A stretch of 64,000 nucleotides of DNA from NCBI GenBank assembly GCA_964423865.1, contig CAYRGN010000012.1:21198-85197 (forward strand), written 5' to 3'. The DNA is from an uncultured Lacihabitans sp. Its GTDB lineage: Bacteria; Bacteroidota; Bacteroidia; Cytophagales; Spirosomataceae. The stretch's first letter is position 1; each line of letters starts with the position of its first letter. Both the position numbers and the translations under genes were made by a program. The notes beneath the pieces were generated by a model. That model was not told the DNA's origin, searched no databases, and saw nothing but the letters and a program-made list of their open reading frames with translations. Below, in pieces: positions 9,115-18,159 of this stretch.

Positions 9115-10923
9115 ATGATAAAATTTGAATATAAAAATATCCTCCCTCTTCTTCCTTCCGAACCTGGAATCTATAAGTATTTCAGCGCGGAGGGGCAGAT
9201 CATCTATGTGGGCAAGGCCAAAAACCTTCGTAACCGCATCAGTAGCTATTTTCACAACTACGACCGGGCCGATCGGAAGACCCGGAAGCTGGTGGAAAGC
9301 ATCCATCGCCTGGAATATACCATTGTGCCTACCGAATGGGACGCCCTCCTTCTGGAAAATAACCTGATTAAGGAGCATCAACCCAAATACAATATCCTGC
9401 TTCGTGACGACAAAACTTACCCTTACATTTGCGTAACCAACGAGCGATTTCCACGGGTGATCTCCACCCGCCGCATTGAAGACCGGGAGAAAGGGAAAAT
9501 GTACGGCCCTTATGTGAGCGCCAAACCCATGTACGCCCTTCTGGATATGTTTTCCCAGTTGTATACCATCCGCACCTGCAAATACAACCTAAGCAAAGAG
9601 AATGTGGAGGCCGGTAAGTTTAAGGTCTGCCTGGAATACCATATCGGAAACTGCAAGGGCCCCTGCGAAGGATGGCAGTCGGAAGAAGCGTATATGAAGG
9701 AAATTGAACAGGTGCACGATATCCTGAAAGGAAACCTGGGACCGGCCCGGCGCTATTTCCAGGAACAGATGGAGTTCGCCGCTTCTAAAATGGCCTTTGA
9801 AGATGCGCATAAGGCCAAACTGAAACTTGAATTCCTGGATCATTACCAGGCCAAAGCCACGGTGGTTACGCCTACCATACGCGATGCGGACGTCTTTACC
9901 ATTCAGTCTGACGAAACCGCCGCCTATGTGAACTACCTGAAAATTATCAACGGCTCTATCATCCAGACCCAGACCCTGGAGGTGAAGAAGCGTCTGAATG
10001 AGCCCGATGGAGAGATTCTGAGTATGATTATGCTGGAATTGCGGAGTACGTACGAAAGCAATGCCCGAGAGATCATCAGTAATATCCGGCCGGATATCGA
10101 TTTCAAGGCGAATATTGTGGTTCCACAGACGGGCGACAAGAAGAAGCTGGTAGAGATGTCACTGCGTAACGTGATTTTCTACCGCCACGAAAAAGCCGAA
10201 AAGGAGGTGATTGCCAAGACCGGGAATAACAATAAACGCGACCGGGTACTGATCAAAATGAAGCAGGACCTCCGCTTGTCCACACTCCCGCGCCACATTG
10301 AATGTTTTGATAATTCGAATATTCAGGGTACCAACCCGGTGTCGGCCATGGTTTGTTTTATCAACGGCCAACCCTCGCCGAAGAATTACCGGCATTTTAT
10401 CCCGCGAACGGTGGAAGGACCCGATGATTTTGCGACCATGCGGGAAGTGGTGGGACGGCGCTATGCCCGCCTGGTGGAAAACGGAAACACCCTGCCCGAT
10501 CTCATTATTATAGACGGAGGCAAAGGACAGCTTTCTGCTGCCTGCGATGCCCTGAAAGAACTCGGGCTTTATGGAAAAGTGCCGGTGATTGGTATTGCCA
10601 AACGGTTGGAAGAGATTTATTTCCCGGAAGATTCCCTGCCCATTTATATCGATAAGAAATCGGAAACCCTTAAACTCATTCAGCGCTGCCGCGATGAAGC
10701 CCACCGTTTCGGAATCACCCATCACCGCAACCGCCGCTCGAAAAACTTCCTGATCAGCAGCCTGGAGTCGGCGCCCGGTATAGGCAAGACCACCGCCACC
10801 AAAGTACTCGCCCATTTTAAGACCATTGGGAACATTAAGTCGGCCACAGACGAAGAGCTGGCCGGTGTGCTGGGAAAAGATAAAGCATGGCGTATCAGGG
10901 AATTCCTGGAAAATGAAAGCTAA
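9115..10923 (+). CDS. uvrC: Excinuclease ABC subunit C
   Basis: GIY-YIG 'GIYKYF..IYVGKAKNL', 'ECFDNS', 'DGGKGQ', HhH 'PGIGKTT'. Confidence 0.97.
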   Translation: MIKFEYKNILPLLPSEPGIYKYFSAEGQIIYVGKAKNLRNRISSYFHNYDRADRKTRKLVESIHRLEYTIVPTEWDALLLENNLIKEHQPKYNILLRDDKTYPYICVTNERFPRVISTRRIEDREKGKMYGPYVSAKPMYALLDMFSQLYTIRTCKYNLSKENVEAGKFKVCLEYHIGNCKGPCEGWQSEEAYMKEIEQVHDILKGNLGPARRYFQEQMEFAASKMAFEDAHKAKLKLEFLDHYQAKATVVTPTIRDADVFTIQSDETAAYVNYLKIINGSIIQTQTLEVKKRLNEPDGEILSMIMLELRSTYESNAREIISNIRPDIDFKANIVVPQTGDKKKLVEMSLRNVIFYRHEKAEKEVIAKTGNNNKRDRVLIKMKQDLRLSTLPRHIECFDNSNIQGTNPVSAMVCFINGQPSPKNYRHFIPRTVEGPDDFATMREVVGRRYARLVENGNTLPDLIIIDGGKGQLSAACDALKELGLYGKVPVIGIAKRLEEIYFPEDSLPIYIDKKSETLKLIQRCRDEAHRFGITHHRNRRSKNFLISSLESAPGIGKTTATKVLAHFKTIGNIKSATDEELAGVLGKDKAWRIREFLENES

Positions 10924-10958
10924 AGACCGTTAAAATTTGGAACGATTTTTCTTGGTAG

Positions 10959-10990
10959 TTTACGTATTAAATTTTAATTTTGTACGTAAA
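10959..10990 (+). promoter_or_regulatory. Promoter/operator of DUF6364-PIN operon
   Basis: TTTACGTA (10959-66) and TACGTAAA (10983-90) inverted boxes flank TAATTTTG -7 element (10975-82). Confidence 0.6.
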
Positions 10991-11003
10991 ATGAATAAAT
11001 CTC

Positions 11004-11261
11004 ATGACACAGGATGTGAAAGTTACCCTCAGTTTTGATGCAGATGTAGTAGAGAGAGCCAAGTCTTTTGCTGCGTCTCAGGGCATCAGTTTGTCGCGTC
11101 TTACTGAATTTTTGTACGATAAGATTACTTCCGAGCCACGGCCTTACAAGAGCCTGGAAGATATTCCCCTGGCTGATTTTATAGGTCAGGTGGCCGAGAA
11201 AGAAGTGGTGTATGAAAAGCGTCGCAATATAAAGAAAACGTATTACGAATCAAGGAAATGA
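11004..11261 (+). CDS. DUF6364 family (RHH-like) antitoxin
   Basis: 'KVTLSFDADVVERAKSFAASQGISLSRLTE'; ATGA overlap with the PIN gene. Confidence 0.8.
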   Translation: MTQDVKVTLSFDADVVERAKSFAASQGISLSRLTEFLYDKITSEPRPYKSLEDIPLADFIGQVAEKEVVYEKRRNIKKTYYESRK

Positions 11262-11674
11262 AGCTGTTTGTAGATGCGAATGTCATTGTATCCGTATTCA
11301 ATAATGAGCTGCCTCTCTTTCCGTATTCTTCCAGAATTTTGAGTTTGTCGCAATGGGATAAAAAATATACCCTGGCTACTACCACGCTTTGCCTGGCTAT
11401 TGCCTTTTATTTCTCTGAAAAAAGATGCGGGACGCGCAGAAGTCTTGAAAAGATAAAAACACTCGTACGGTATATGGAAATACTTCCGGTGGGGCCGGAA
11501 GAAAATCAGGCAGTATGCGCCAATCCGGTGATCCGGGATTATGAAGACGGGTTACAGTATTATGCGGCCCGCCACGGAGGTTGCAACTTTATTATTACCG
11601 AAGATAAAAGTGGCTTTTATTATTCGGAGATTCCGGTTTGCGGCTCCAGGGAGTTTTTGTTGAATTATATGTGA
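11258..11674 (+). CDS. PIN domain (VapC-like) toxin
   Basis: 'LFVDANVI', 'DYEDGLQYYAA', 'IITEDK'. Confidence 0.88.
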   Translation: MKLFVDANVIVSVFNNELPLFPYSSRILSLSQWDKKYTLATTTLCLAIAFYFSEKRCGTRRSLEKIKTLVRYMEILPVGPEENQAVCANPVIRDYEDGLQYYAARHGGCNFIITEDKSGFYYSEIPVCGSREFLLNYM

Positions 11675-11723
11675 GGTCTAATGCCCTGCCGAATGATTCC
11701 TTAATAGGTCTTGTTCTGTAGAG

Positions 11724-11827
11724 AAGATGTTTAAAAAGGAGTCAAACTGCTGCCTGGTTTCGACCTCAGTAACATACATGTTTCTTCAGTTTTATTCCCC
11801 ACATTTTGACTCCTTTTTAAACATCTT
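11724..11827. mobile_element. MITE-like element with perfect 23-bp terminal inverted repeats
   Basis: AAGATGTTTAAAAAGGAGTCAAA (11724-46) / TTTGACTCCTTTTTAAACATCTT (11805-27), 58-bp unique core. Confidence 0.55.
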
Positions 11828-11882
11828 TCAGGGCCATAATACTCCGGACTTTTTGGACAAAGCCTTATCCGGGATCAGGTGT

Positions 11883-13031
11883 TTATTTCTTTTTGGGCAC
11901 CACCTTCACAATGCGGCCGGGACCTTCAAGAGAAAGGTAGAGGTAGCCGTCAGGCCCCTGTACTACATCTCTTACGCGGCCCACATCTTTCAGGATCACT
12001 TCTTCTTTGGCTTTGCCGTTTTCAAAATAGATTCTCGACACGTGGTTCAGGGCCAGTCCGCCCGCGAAAAAGCTGCCCTTCCAGTTGCCGTAAACGCCGG
12101 AGGTGAGGTAGGCCAGTCCGCAAGCGCCAATAGAGGGTGTCCATTGGAAAGTAGGTTCGGTATAACCCGGGTGTTTTTTGCCGGAAATATCCACACCATC
12201 GTAATTGACTCCGTAGGAAACCAGGGGCCAACCGTAATTTTTCCCTTTTTGGATAAGGTTAAGCTCATCACCTCCCCGCGGACCGTGCTCGGTTTCCCAA
12301 ACTTCGTTGGTGGCCGGGTTCAGGGCCAGTCCCTGGGGGTTCCGGTGGCCGTATGAATAGACGGTGGTAGGTGCGGAGTTGCCCGGAAGAACGGGGTTGT
12401 CGGCAGGCACTTTGCCGTCGTCGGTCAGGCGATGTACTTTCCCCCATGATTCCTTCACGTTCTGTGCATTTTTGTTGGGTGAATCGGCACCTCCCCGGCT
12501 AGACGGACCGCCCTCTCCCACACTCCAGAAAAGATAGCCGTTGTTATCAAAAAGAATACGGCTGCCGTTATGTCCCCTCCATTTGTTGGTAGAAGAGGTG
12601 GTATGGAGGTTCTGAATGTCGGTCAGTGCATTGTTCTTAATCTTAAAGCGAATCAGATTCATTCTTGAATTTCCTCCTGCGTTTTCAAGATAGGTGGTGT
12701 AGATCCAGCCGTTACGGGCGTAGTCAGGATGCAAAGTGATATCCAGTAGTCCGCCCTGGCTTTCGTAGGCCACTTTAGGAACGCCCGATAATTCGGTTAC
12801 TTTCCCGTTGGCCAGGATTCCTATTTTTCCCGATCTTTCCGTAAAGATAATGGAGCCGTCAGGCAGGAATTTAAAGCCCCATATAGAACCCCGGTCTCCC
12901 AGAATCACTTCCGTGTCCAGGTCAAGGGCATTTCCTGTCGGAGGTGTTGTTTCTTCCTTCGATGTATCGGTGGGGTGAGTGCAAAAGGCAAACGCCGTAA
13001 AAGTCAATAAGAGCAACAACGCATTTTTCAT
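11883..13031 (-). CDS. PQQ-dependent sugar dehydrogenase (GSDH family), probable lipoprotein
   Basis: 'QGGLLDITLHPDY', 'HNGSRI', 'YSYGHRNPQGL', 'EHGPRGGDELN', 'NYGWP'. Confidence 0.9.
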   Translation of the reverse strand: MKNALLLLLTFTAFAFCTHPTDTSKEETTPPTGNALDLDTEVILGDRGSIWGFKFLPDGSIIFTERSGKIGILANGKVTELSGVPKVAYESQGGLLDITLHPDYARNGWIYTTYLENAGGNSRMNLIRFKIKNNALTDIQNLHTTSSTNKWRGHNGSRILFDNNGYLFWSVGEGGPSSRGGADSPNKNAQNVKESWGKVHRLTDDGKVPADNPVLPGNSAPTTVYSYGHRNPQGLALNPATNEVWETEHGPRGGDELNLIQKGKNYGWPLVSYGVNYDGVDISGKKHPGYTEPTFQWTPSIGACGLAYLTSGVYGNWKGSFFAGGLALNHVSRIYFENGKAKEEVILKDVGRVRDVVQGPDGYLYLSLEGPGRIVKVVPKKK

Positions 13032-13175
13032 TTTGTCTGATTAGTTTTTAAGGAGTAAATATAAGAAGTAGCTTTCAGGTTTCAGCTATCCGTTAGCAGA
13101 AAATAGGCCCGGCATCCGGTATGCTTGCCGCAGGAGTGCTAAAATTTATACAGCTACCACATAACGGGGCAGGAG

Positions 13176-13475
13176 TCAGGCCAGAGCAGATTCGAAATGA
13201 CGGATGGAGGCTCGGTCTACTTTTTGTTCCGCATGCCACAAATCGTAATTTAATTGAAGATTTAGCCAGAATTCAGCGGTATTTCCAAAAGCTTCTGAGA
13301 GTTTTACTGCCAATTCGGGGCTGATTCCCGCGTGTTCATTGACTACATTCGACAGATTAGGTCGGGTTATGCCAAGCCCTTGGGCGACCTCGGTAATGGT
13401 TAAGCCTCTTTCCTTAATGTAATCTTCCCGTAAAATTTCTCCCGGATGAACGGGAGGTAATCCTCTTTTTAACAT
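13176..13475 (-). CDS. higA: HigA antitoxin (HTH)
   Basis: 'PVHPGEILREDY', 'ISPELAVKLSEAFG..AEFWLNLQ..YDL'. Confidence 0.92.
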   Translation of the reverse strand: MLKRGLPPVHPGEILREDYIKERGLTITEVAQGLGITRPNLSNVVNEHAGISPELAVKLSEAFGNTAEFWLNLQLNYDLWHAEQKVDRASIRHFESALA

Positions 13476-13491
13476 ATACCTTTTTTGCGTT

Positions 13492-13770
13492 TTAATGGTA
13501 ATCCAGATAATCTACATCGTACACGTCTCCCGCTTTAAAACGGAATATGATCCGGTAGTTTGGGGAAATTGAAATCGCCCAAAAACCGGCGTAGTTATTC
13601 TTCAGCAGGTGGATGCCTGAACCCATTTGCAGGAGGTCACTTTCTGACCTCACAGCCTCCAACTGATCTAAAATACGGTGAATCTTGCGAAGGTATTGAC
13701 TTGGTAATTTCGATCCGTCAGAGGTTTCGTAAAATTTTCTCAGGCCTTTGTGTTGGATGTTTATGATCAT
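13492..13770 (-). CDS. higB: HigB toxin (RelE/ParE family)
   Basis: 'HKGLRKFYE', 'NYRIIFRF', terminal 'DYH'; upstream of higA. Confidence 0.9.
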   Translation of the reverse strand: MIINIQHKGLRKFYETSDGSKLPSQYLRKIHRILDQLEAVRSESDLLQMGSGIHLLKNNYAGFWAISISPNYRIIFRFKAGDVYDVDYLDYH

Positions 13771-13947
13771 AACGAAAGTGTATGGTGTAATGTTACGCAA
13801 TACGCATTTTTAAATAGGAGATTTTGGAAATTCCAAAATTTTCAAAGATAGATTGTGCTTGACAAATAACGTATTTCCTTTCTGTAACTTTCTTAACTGT
13901 AGATAATTTCGATATTGCTTGTAATCAAATTTTATATATTTAAGAAT

Positions 13948-13993
13948 AAAAGTACTGAAATACTTTTTTATTTAAAATTTGTATTTACCTTTG
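13948..13993 (+). promoter_or_regulatory. Promoter of ric/DUF2249 cluster with palindromic operator candidate
   Basis: AAAAGTA-N6-TACTTTT (13948-67) upstream of TACCTTTG -7 (13986-93). Confidence 0.5.
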
Positions 13994-14025
13994 TTCGAAA
14001 ATTGAAATCATTAAAATATACAGAC

Positions 14026-15234
14026 ATGCCAACAGCGACGGAAAACATCATCAACGTTCAGGAACTGGAGCCCAGGTTAAGACACCAAACCATCTTCAAT
14101 GTATTCAATACACTTGGGGAAGGCGAGTATCTGATTATTCATAACAACCATGACCCCATGCCCGTCAATTACCAGCTGATGAACTTACGCGGAAATATCT
14201 TTTCATGGGAATACCTCCAGCAAGGACCTGAACGGTGGGACGTGAAAGTCACCCGCCAGGTGCCGCCGGTTCCCACCGAGACAGACGGTGATCTTATTTT
14301 GAATATTCCCGCCCTGGAACCTCAGCAAAAACATGCCCTGATTTTTCATATTTTTGATCAGCTCGAAGCCGGAGAAACGTTTATTATACATAACGACCAC
14401 GACCCTAAGCCGGTATATTACCAACTAAAAGGGGAGAGGGGCGATGTCTTTACCTGGGAATATTTGAACGAAGGCCCCCAATGGTGGGATATCCGGGTTA
14501 CGAAAAAGGCAGAGGAGATACAGGAAACCATAGGAGAGATCGTAGCGAAAGACATTAGCAAAACTACAGTATTTAAAAAATATGGAATAGACTTCTGCTG
14601 CAACGGAAACCGGTCGGTGAAGGAAGCCTGTGAGGCAAAAGGACTTGATTACAAACAGGTGGTAGAAGAGCTGAACCAGGTTTCCGGGAACGTGACGGGC
14701 AACAGCCAGTTGAATTACGACGAGTGGAACCTGGATTTCCTGGCCGATTATGTAGTGAATACCCACCACCAGTATGTACGCAAATACCTGCCTGAAATTG
14801 TGCAGTACATGAATAAAGTGGAGCAGGTGCACGGAGCGCATCACCCGGAACTGGCCTTGATGAAAGTCCAGGTAGATAAAATAGAGGCGGAGCTTACTGC
14901 CCACATGAAAGAGGAAGAAACTTTGCTCTTTCCCCTGATAAAAGAGATTGTAAAAGTAAAAAATGAGGGATTAGTCTATACCAAAGCGCCGGGAGAGACT
15001 TTCCAGGTATTGGTGGAAGAAACCGAAAAGGAACACGATTCGGTAGGCAGAGCCCTGGAACAGATCAGGAAGCTGAATCACGATTATGAGATTCCGGAAG
15101 ATGCCTGTACGAGTTATAAACTCTTATACAAAATGCTGGAAGAGCTGGAAAATGATTTGTTTACCCATATTCACCTGGAAAATAATATTTTATTTGTCAA
15201 AGCGAGAGCGATAGAGAAGGAATTGCTGAATTGA
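14026..15234 (+). CDS. ric: Iron-sulfur cluster repair di-iron protein (Ric/YtfE/ScdA) with two N-terminal DUF2249 domains
   Basis: 'HNNHDPMP' and 'HNDHDPKP' repeats; ScdA_N 'YGIDFCCNG'; di-iron ligands 'HHQY', 'HMKEEE', 'EHD', 'HIHLENNILF'; start placed downstream of the promoter. Confidence 0.88.
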   Translation: MPTATENIINVQELEPRLRHQTIFNVFNTLGEGEYLIIHNNHDPMPVNYQLMNLRGNIFSWEYLQQGPERWDVKVTRQVPPVPTETDGDLILNIPALEPQQKHALIFHIFDQLEAGETFIIHNDHDPKPVYYQLKGERGDVFTWEYLNEGPQWWDIRVTKKAEEIQETIGEIVAKDISKTTVFKKYGIDFCCNGNRSVKEACEAKGLDYKQVVEELNQVSGNVTGNSQLNYDEWNLDFLADYVVNTHHQYVRKYLPEIVQYMNKVEQVHGAHHPELALMKVQVDKIEAELTAHMKEEETLLFPLIKEIVKVKNEGLVYTKAPGETFQVLVEETEKEHDSVGRALEQIRKLNHDYEIPEDACTSYKLLYKMLEELENDLFTHIHLENNILFVKARAIEKELLN

Positions 15235-15247
15235 ATTTTACAGGAAT

Positions 15248-16075
15248 GTGATGACCATTAACGAACAAACCAAAATCGCGGCATTGCTGAAACATCACCC
15301 CGATGCCCTGGAGGCCATCGTCTCCCTCAGTCCGGATTTTAAGAAACTCCGGAACCCGGTACTGAGGAGGCTGATGGCGGGTAGAACGAGTATTGGTATG
15401 GCTTCCAAAATCGGTGGGTGTACACCTGACGATTTTTTCCGGGTGCTGGCTCCCCTGGGTTTTGTGTCCGATGTGTCGTCCGGGGAAAGTGAGGAATTGC
15501 CTGTACGGAAGCCTCGGCCCGACTATCTCCGGAACATTTCCCCGGAGCGGTTGATTCAGTTTGACGTCAGGGAAATGCTGGCCGAGGGGACGGACCCTTT
15601 GAAGATGATACAGGAAAAAGTAAAGGCCCTGAATCCCGGAGAAGTTTTGACCATCGTGAATACATTTGAACCCGTTCCCCTGATACGCTTACTGGAAAGA
15701 AAAGGGTTTGAAACCTGGGTCAATGCGATAGACGAAGAAACCATAGAGACCTATTTCTTCCGAAAAGTCGAGGTGGAAGCCCCCGAAGAGGTGGCCGATG
15801 ATATACCGGAAACCGCCGGAGATTGGGACAGCCTGGTCAATCGTTTCAAAAATCGCCTGGAGGAAATCGATGTACGCGAAATGGAAATGCCCGGCCCTAT
15901 GATGACCATCCTGGAAAAACTGGAGGTGCTGACCCCGGACAAAGCTCTGTTCGTACATCATAAAAGAATTCCTGTATTTTTACTGACCGAACTGAAAGAC
16001 CGCCAATTTGACTACCGGATCAGGGAGGTCGGGGAAGGGGAGGTGCATCTGATGATTTTCAGGCAAATGGATTAA
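15248..16075 (+). CDS. DUF1858 + 2x DUF2249 domain protein
   Basis: N-terminal 'LRNPVLRRLMAGRTSI'; 'FDVREML..NTFEPVPL' and 'IDVREMEMPGPM..HHKRIP'. Confidence 0.75.
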   Translation: MMTINEQTKIAALLKHHPDALEAIVSLSPDFKKLRNPVLRRLMAGRTSIGMASKIGGCTPDDFFRVLAPLGFVSDVSSGESEELPVRKPRPDYLRNISPERLIQFDVREMLAEGTDPLKMIQEKVKALNPGEVLTIVNTFEPVPLIRLLERKGFETWVNAIDEETIETYFFRKVEVEAPEEVADDIPETAGDWDSLVNRFKNRLEEIDVREMEMPGPMMTILEKLEVLTPDKALFVHHKRIPVFLLTELKDRQFDYRIREVGEGEVHLMIFRQMD

Positions 16076-16103
16076 TTCAACACGCGTACATTCTGACGGA
16101 CTC

Positions 16104-17360
16104 ATGATCATAGGCGGATTACAAAAAACAACCAACTATAAAGTGGTATTGCCCTTTTACCTCTATGCCTCTCTGGGCTTTTTGGGGGGGACTTTACTGC
16201 TTTTGGGGAGTACGGAGGTAGCGGGCGCCCATTATTTTAATCCCGCCACGCTGGCCATCACCCACACCATGGCCCTCGCCTGGGGTACCATGATGATTTT
16301 CGGGGCTTCCCACCAACTATTGCCGGTGCTGGTGGAAGGAAAGCTGGACAGTGACCTCCTGGCTTACCTGACCCTGGTTTTTGCCGGGGTGGGCATCCCG
16401 ATCCTCGTCTATGGATTTTACGTTTTTGACACTGGACTGCCCATGCAGGCAGGCGGTATTTTGGTGAATATTGCCATTGTTTTTTATGGGGTCAATGTCT
16501 TTCGAAGCGCGTTTAAAAGCGGAAAGCGGAATGTGCATGCCTGGTTTGTCATCACGGCCACGGTATGGTTATTGGCCACCACCCTGATGGGACTGGTATT
16601 GGTTTTAAATTTCAGTACGCCGATATTGCCCGGCAACTCGGTAGAATACCTTTCGGTGCACGCTCACCTGGGCATTGTGGGATGGTTCGTACTCCTGGTA
16701 ATCGGGGTGGGTTCCCGCCTGATTCCCATGTTCCTGATTTCCAAGTATACGAGTAATCGTACCCTTTGGTGGATTTTTGCTTTGTTGAATAGTGCTTTGG
16801 CCGGTTTTTCCTGCCTTTATCTGGGCGGACACTCCCCAGTATTGTTTTATATACCGGTGGCAATGGCAGGGGTGGCGGTTTTTTTATTTGGGCGTTATTG
16901 CTACAAAGCCTACGGGGTCAGAATACGGAAAAGTGTGGACGAACAGGTGAAAACCTCCCTGGTTTCGGTGGCGCAAATGGGGCTGCCTTTGGTGGCTCTG
17001 CTGCTCGCCCTGGCTTTTCTGCCGAACGAGAAAATGGCTTTGGTATATGGATTTTGTATCTTTTTCGGTTGGCTGACGGCCATAATTTTGGGAATGACTT
17101 TTAAAACCCTGCCTTTTATCGTTTGGAACCGGGTGTACCATAACCGGGCCCACCAGGGCAAAACGCCCGCGCCCAAAGAACTGTTTAACGAAAATATCTA
17201 TACGGTGATGTGGTATACCTACGTGGGCGGTTTTGGCCTGTTTGTAACGGGCATCCTCCTGCTGCATCCCTGGCTTTTAAAAGGTGGGGCCCTGGCCCTG
17301 GTGATTTCTGCCGTATTGTACGTGTGGAATGTGATGATTACATTTACGCACAAGCATTGA
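16104..17360 (+). CDS. Polytopic membrane protein, heme-copper oxidase subunit I-like / NnrS-like
   Basis: About 12 TM; three repeats of (H)-x5-W-x6-G-x5-[LI]-P; no HPxVY or HH CuB motifs. Confidence 0.65.
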   Translation: MIIGGLQKTTNYKVVLPFYLYASLGFLGGTLLLLGSTEVAGAHYFNPATLAITHTMALAWGTMMIFGASHQLLPVLVEGKLDSDLLAYLTLVFAGVGIPILVYGFYVFDTGLPMQAGGILVNIAIVFYGVNVFRSAFKSGKRNVHAWFVITATVWLLATTLMGLVLVLNFSTPILPGNSVEYLSVHAHLGIVGWFVLLVIGVGSRLIPMFLISKYTSNRTLWWIFALLNSALAGFSCLYLGGHSPVLFYIPVAMAGVAVFLFGRYCYKAYGVRIRKSVDEQVKTSLVSVAQMGLPLVALLLALAFLPNEKMALVYGFCIFFGWLTAIILGMTFKTLPFIVWNRVYHNRAHQGKTPAPKELFNENIYTVMWYTYVGGFGLFVTGILLLHPWLLKGGALALVISAVLYVWNVMITFTHKH

Positions 17361-17387
17361 ACCAGCTGATAGCTAAACTTTACCCGT

Positions 17388-17705
17388 ATGAAAACAAACA
17401 ACGATGAAAAATGTGCGCATGCGCTGAAAGACCTGTACAATGTGTACGATCCGGAGATTGGTTTAAATATAGTAGACCTGGGATTGGTGTATGAAATCAC
17501 CTTTGATGAAGAAAGGAAAGGGCTGGACTGCGCCATGACTTTGACTTCCCAGTTTTGCCCTATGGGCGAAGCCATCACCACCGACGCCCGCGATTCCCTG
17601 TCCGGCTCGTTTCCCGGCTGGGAAGTACAGGTCAATCTGACCTTTGACCCGCCGTGGGACGTCAGCAAAATTACACCGGAGGGAAAAGCGTTTTTAGGAC
17701 ATTAA
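17388..17705 (+). CDS. DUF59 (SufT/PaaD-like) Fe-S assembly protein
   Basis: 'VYDPEIGLNIVDLGLVY', 'MTLTSQFCPMG', 'TFDPPW'. Confidence 0.9.
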   Translation: MKTNNDEKCAHALKDLYNVYDPEIGLNIVDLGLVYEITFDEERKGLDCAMTLTSQFCPMGEAITTDARDSLSGSFPGWEVQVNLTFDPPWDVSKITPEGKAFLGH

Positions 17706-17715
17706 ACCTAACGAT

Positions 17716-18147
17716 ATGCTAAGTCATACCTGCAAAACAGCCATCAAGGCCGTCATTTATTTGTCCGGGAAAAGCAAAGACGGAGACAAAACCAATATCC
17801 GGGAAATATCCGAACGCATCAATGCCAGCGAGCATACGGTGGGTAAAATCCTGCAATTACTGGCCAGGAAGAGGATCATCAATAGCTTAAAGGGCCCTGC
17901 GGGTGGTTTTTATCTTCGGGAAGAGCAGCAGGAGCAGGCGCTGATTGCCATTGTGGAAGCCATTGAAGGCGACCGGCTTTTTACGGAATGCGGGTTGGGC
18001 CTGACCAAATGTTCCGCCACACATCCCTGTCCCATTCACAACGAATACAAAGTGGCGAGAGAACTTATGGAAAAAATTTTCAGGGAAAGAAAAGTGGGCG
18101 AACTCTGCGGTTCGGTGACCCACGGACTTTCCTATCTTATCGATTAA
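17716..18147 (+). CDS. Rrf2 family transcriptional regulator with 3 Cys
   Basis: wHTH 'SLKGPAGGF'; 'ECGLGLTKCSATHPCPIH'. Confidence 0.9.
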   Translation: MLSHTCKTAIKAVIYLSGKSKDGDKTNIREISERINASEHTVGKILQLLARKRIINSLKGPAGGFYLREEQQEQALIAIVEAIEGDRLFTECGLGLTKCSATHPCPIHNEYKVARELMEKIFRERKVGELCGSVTHGLSYLID

Positions 18148-18159
18148 ACTTTACAAAAA

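Noticed and set aside
13093-13142. CIRCE half-site GAGTGCTAA
   Set aside because: No TTAGCACTC partner at 9-bp spacing and no chaperone gene nearby
13915-14025. N-terminal extension of Ric in the ORF track
   Set aside because: It overlaps the promoter and operator; ATG 14026 is more plausible
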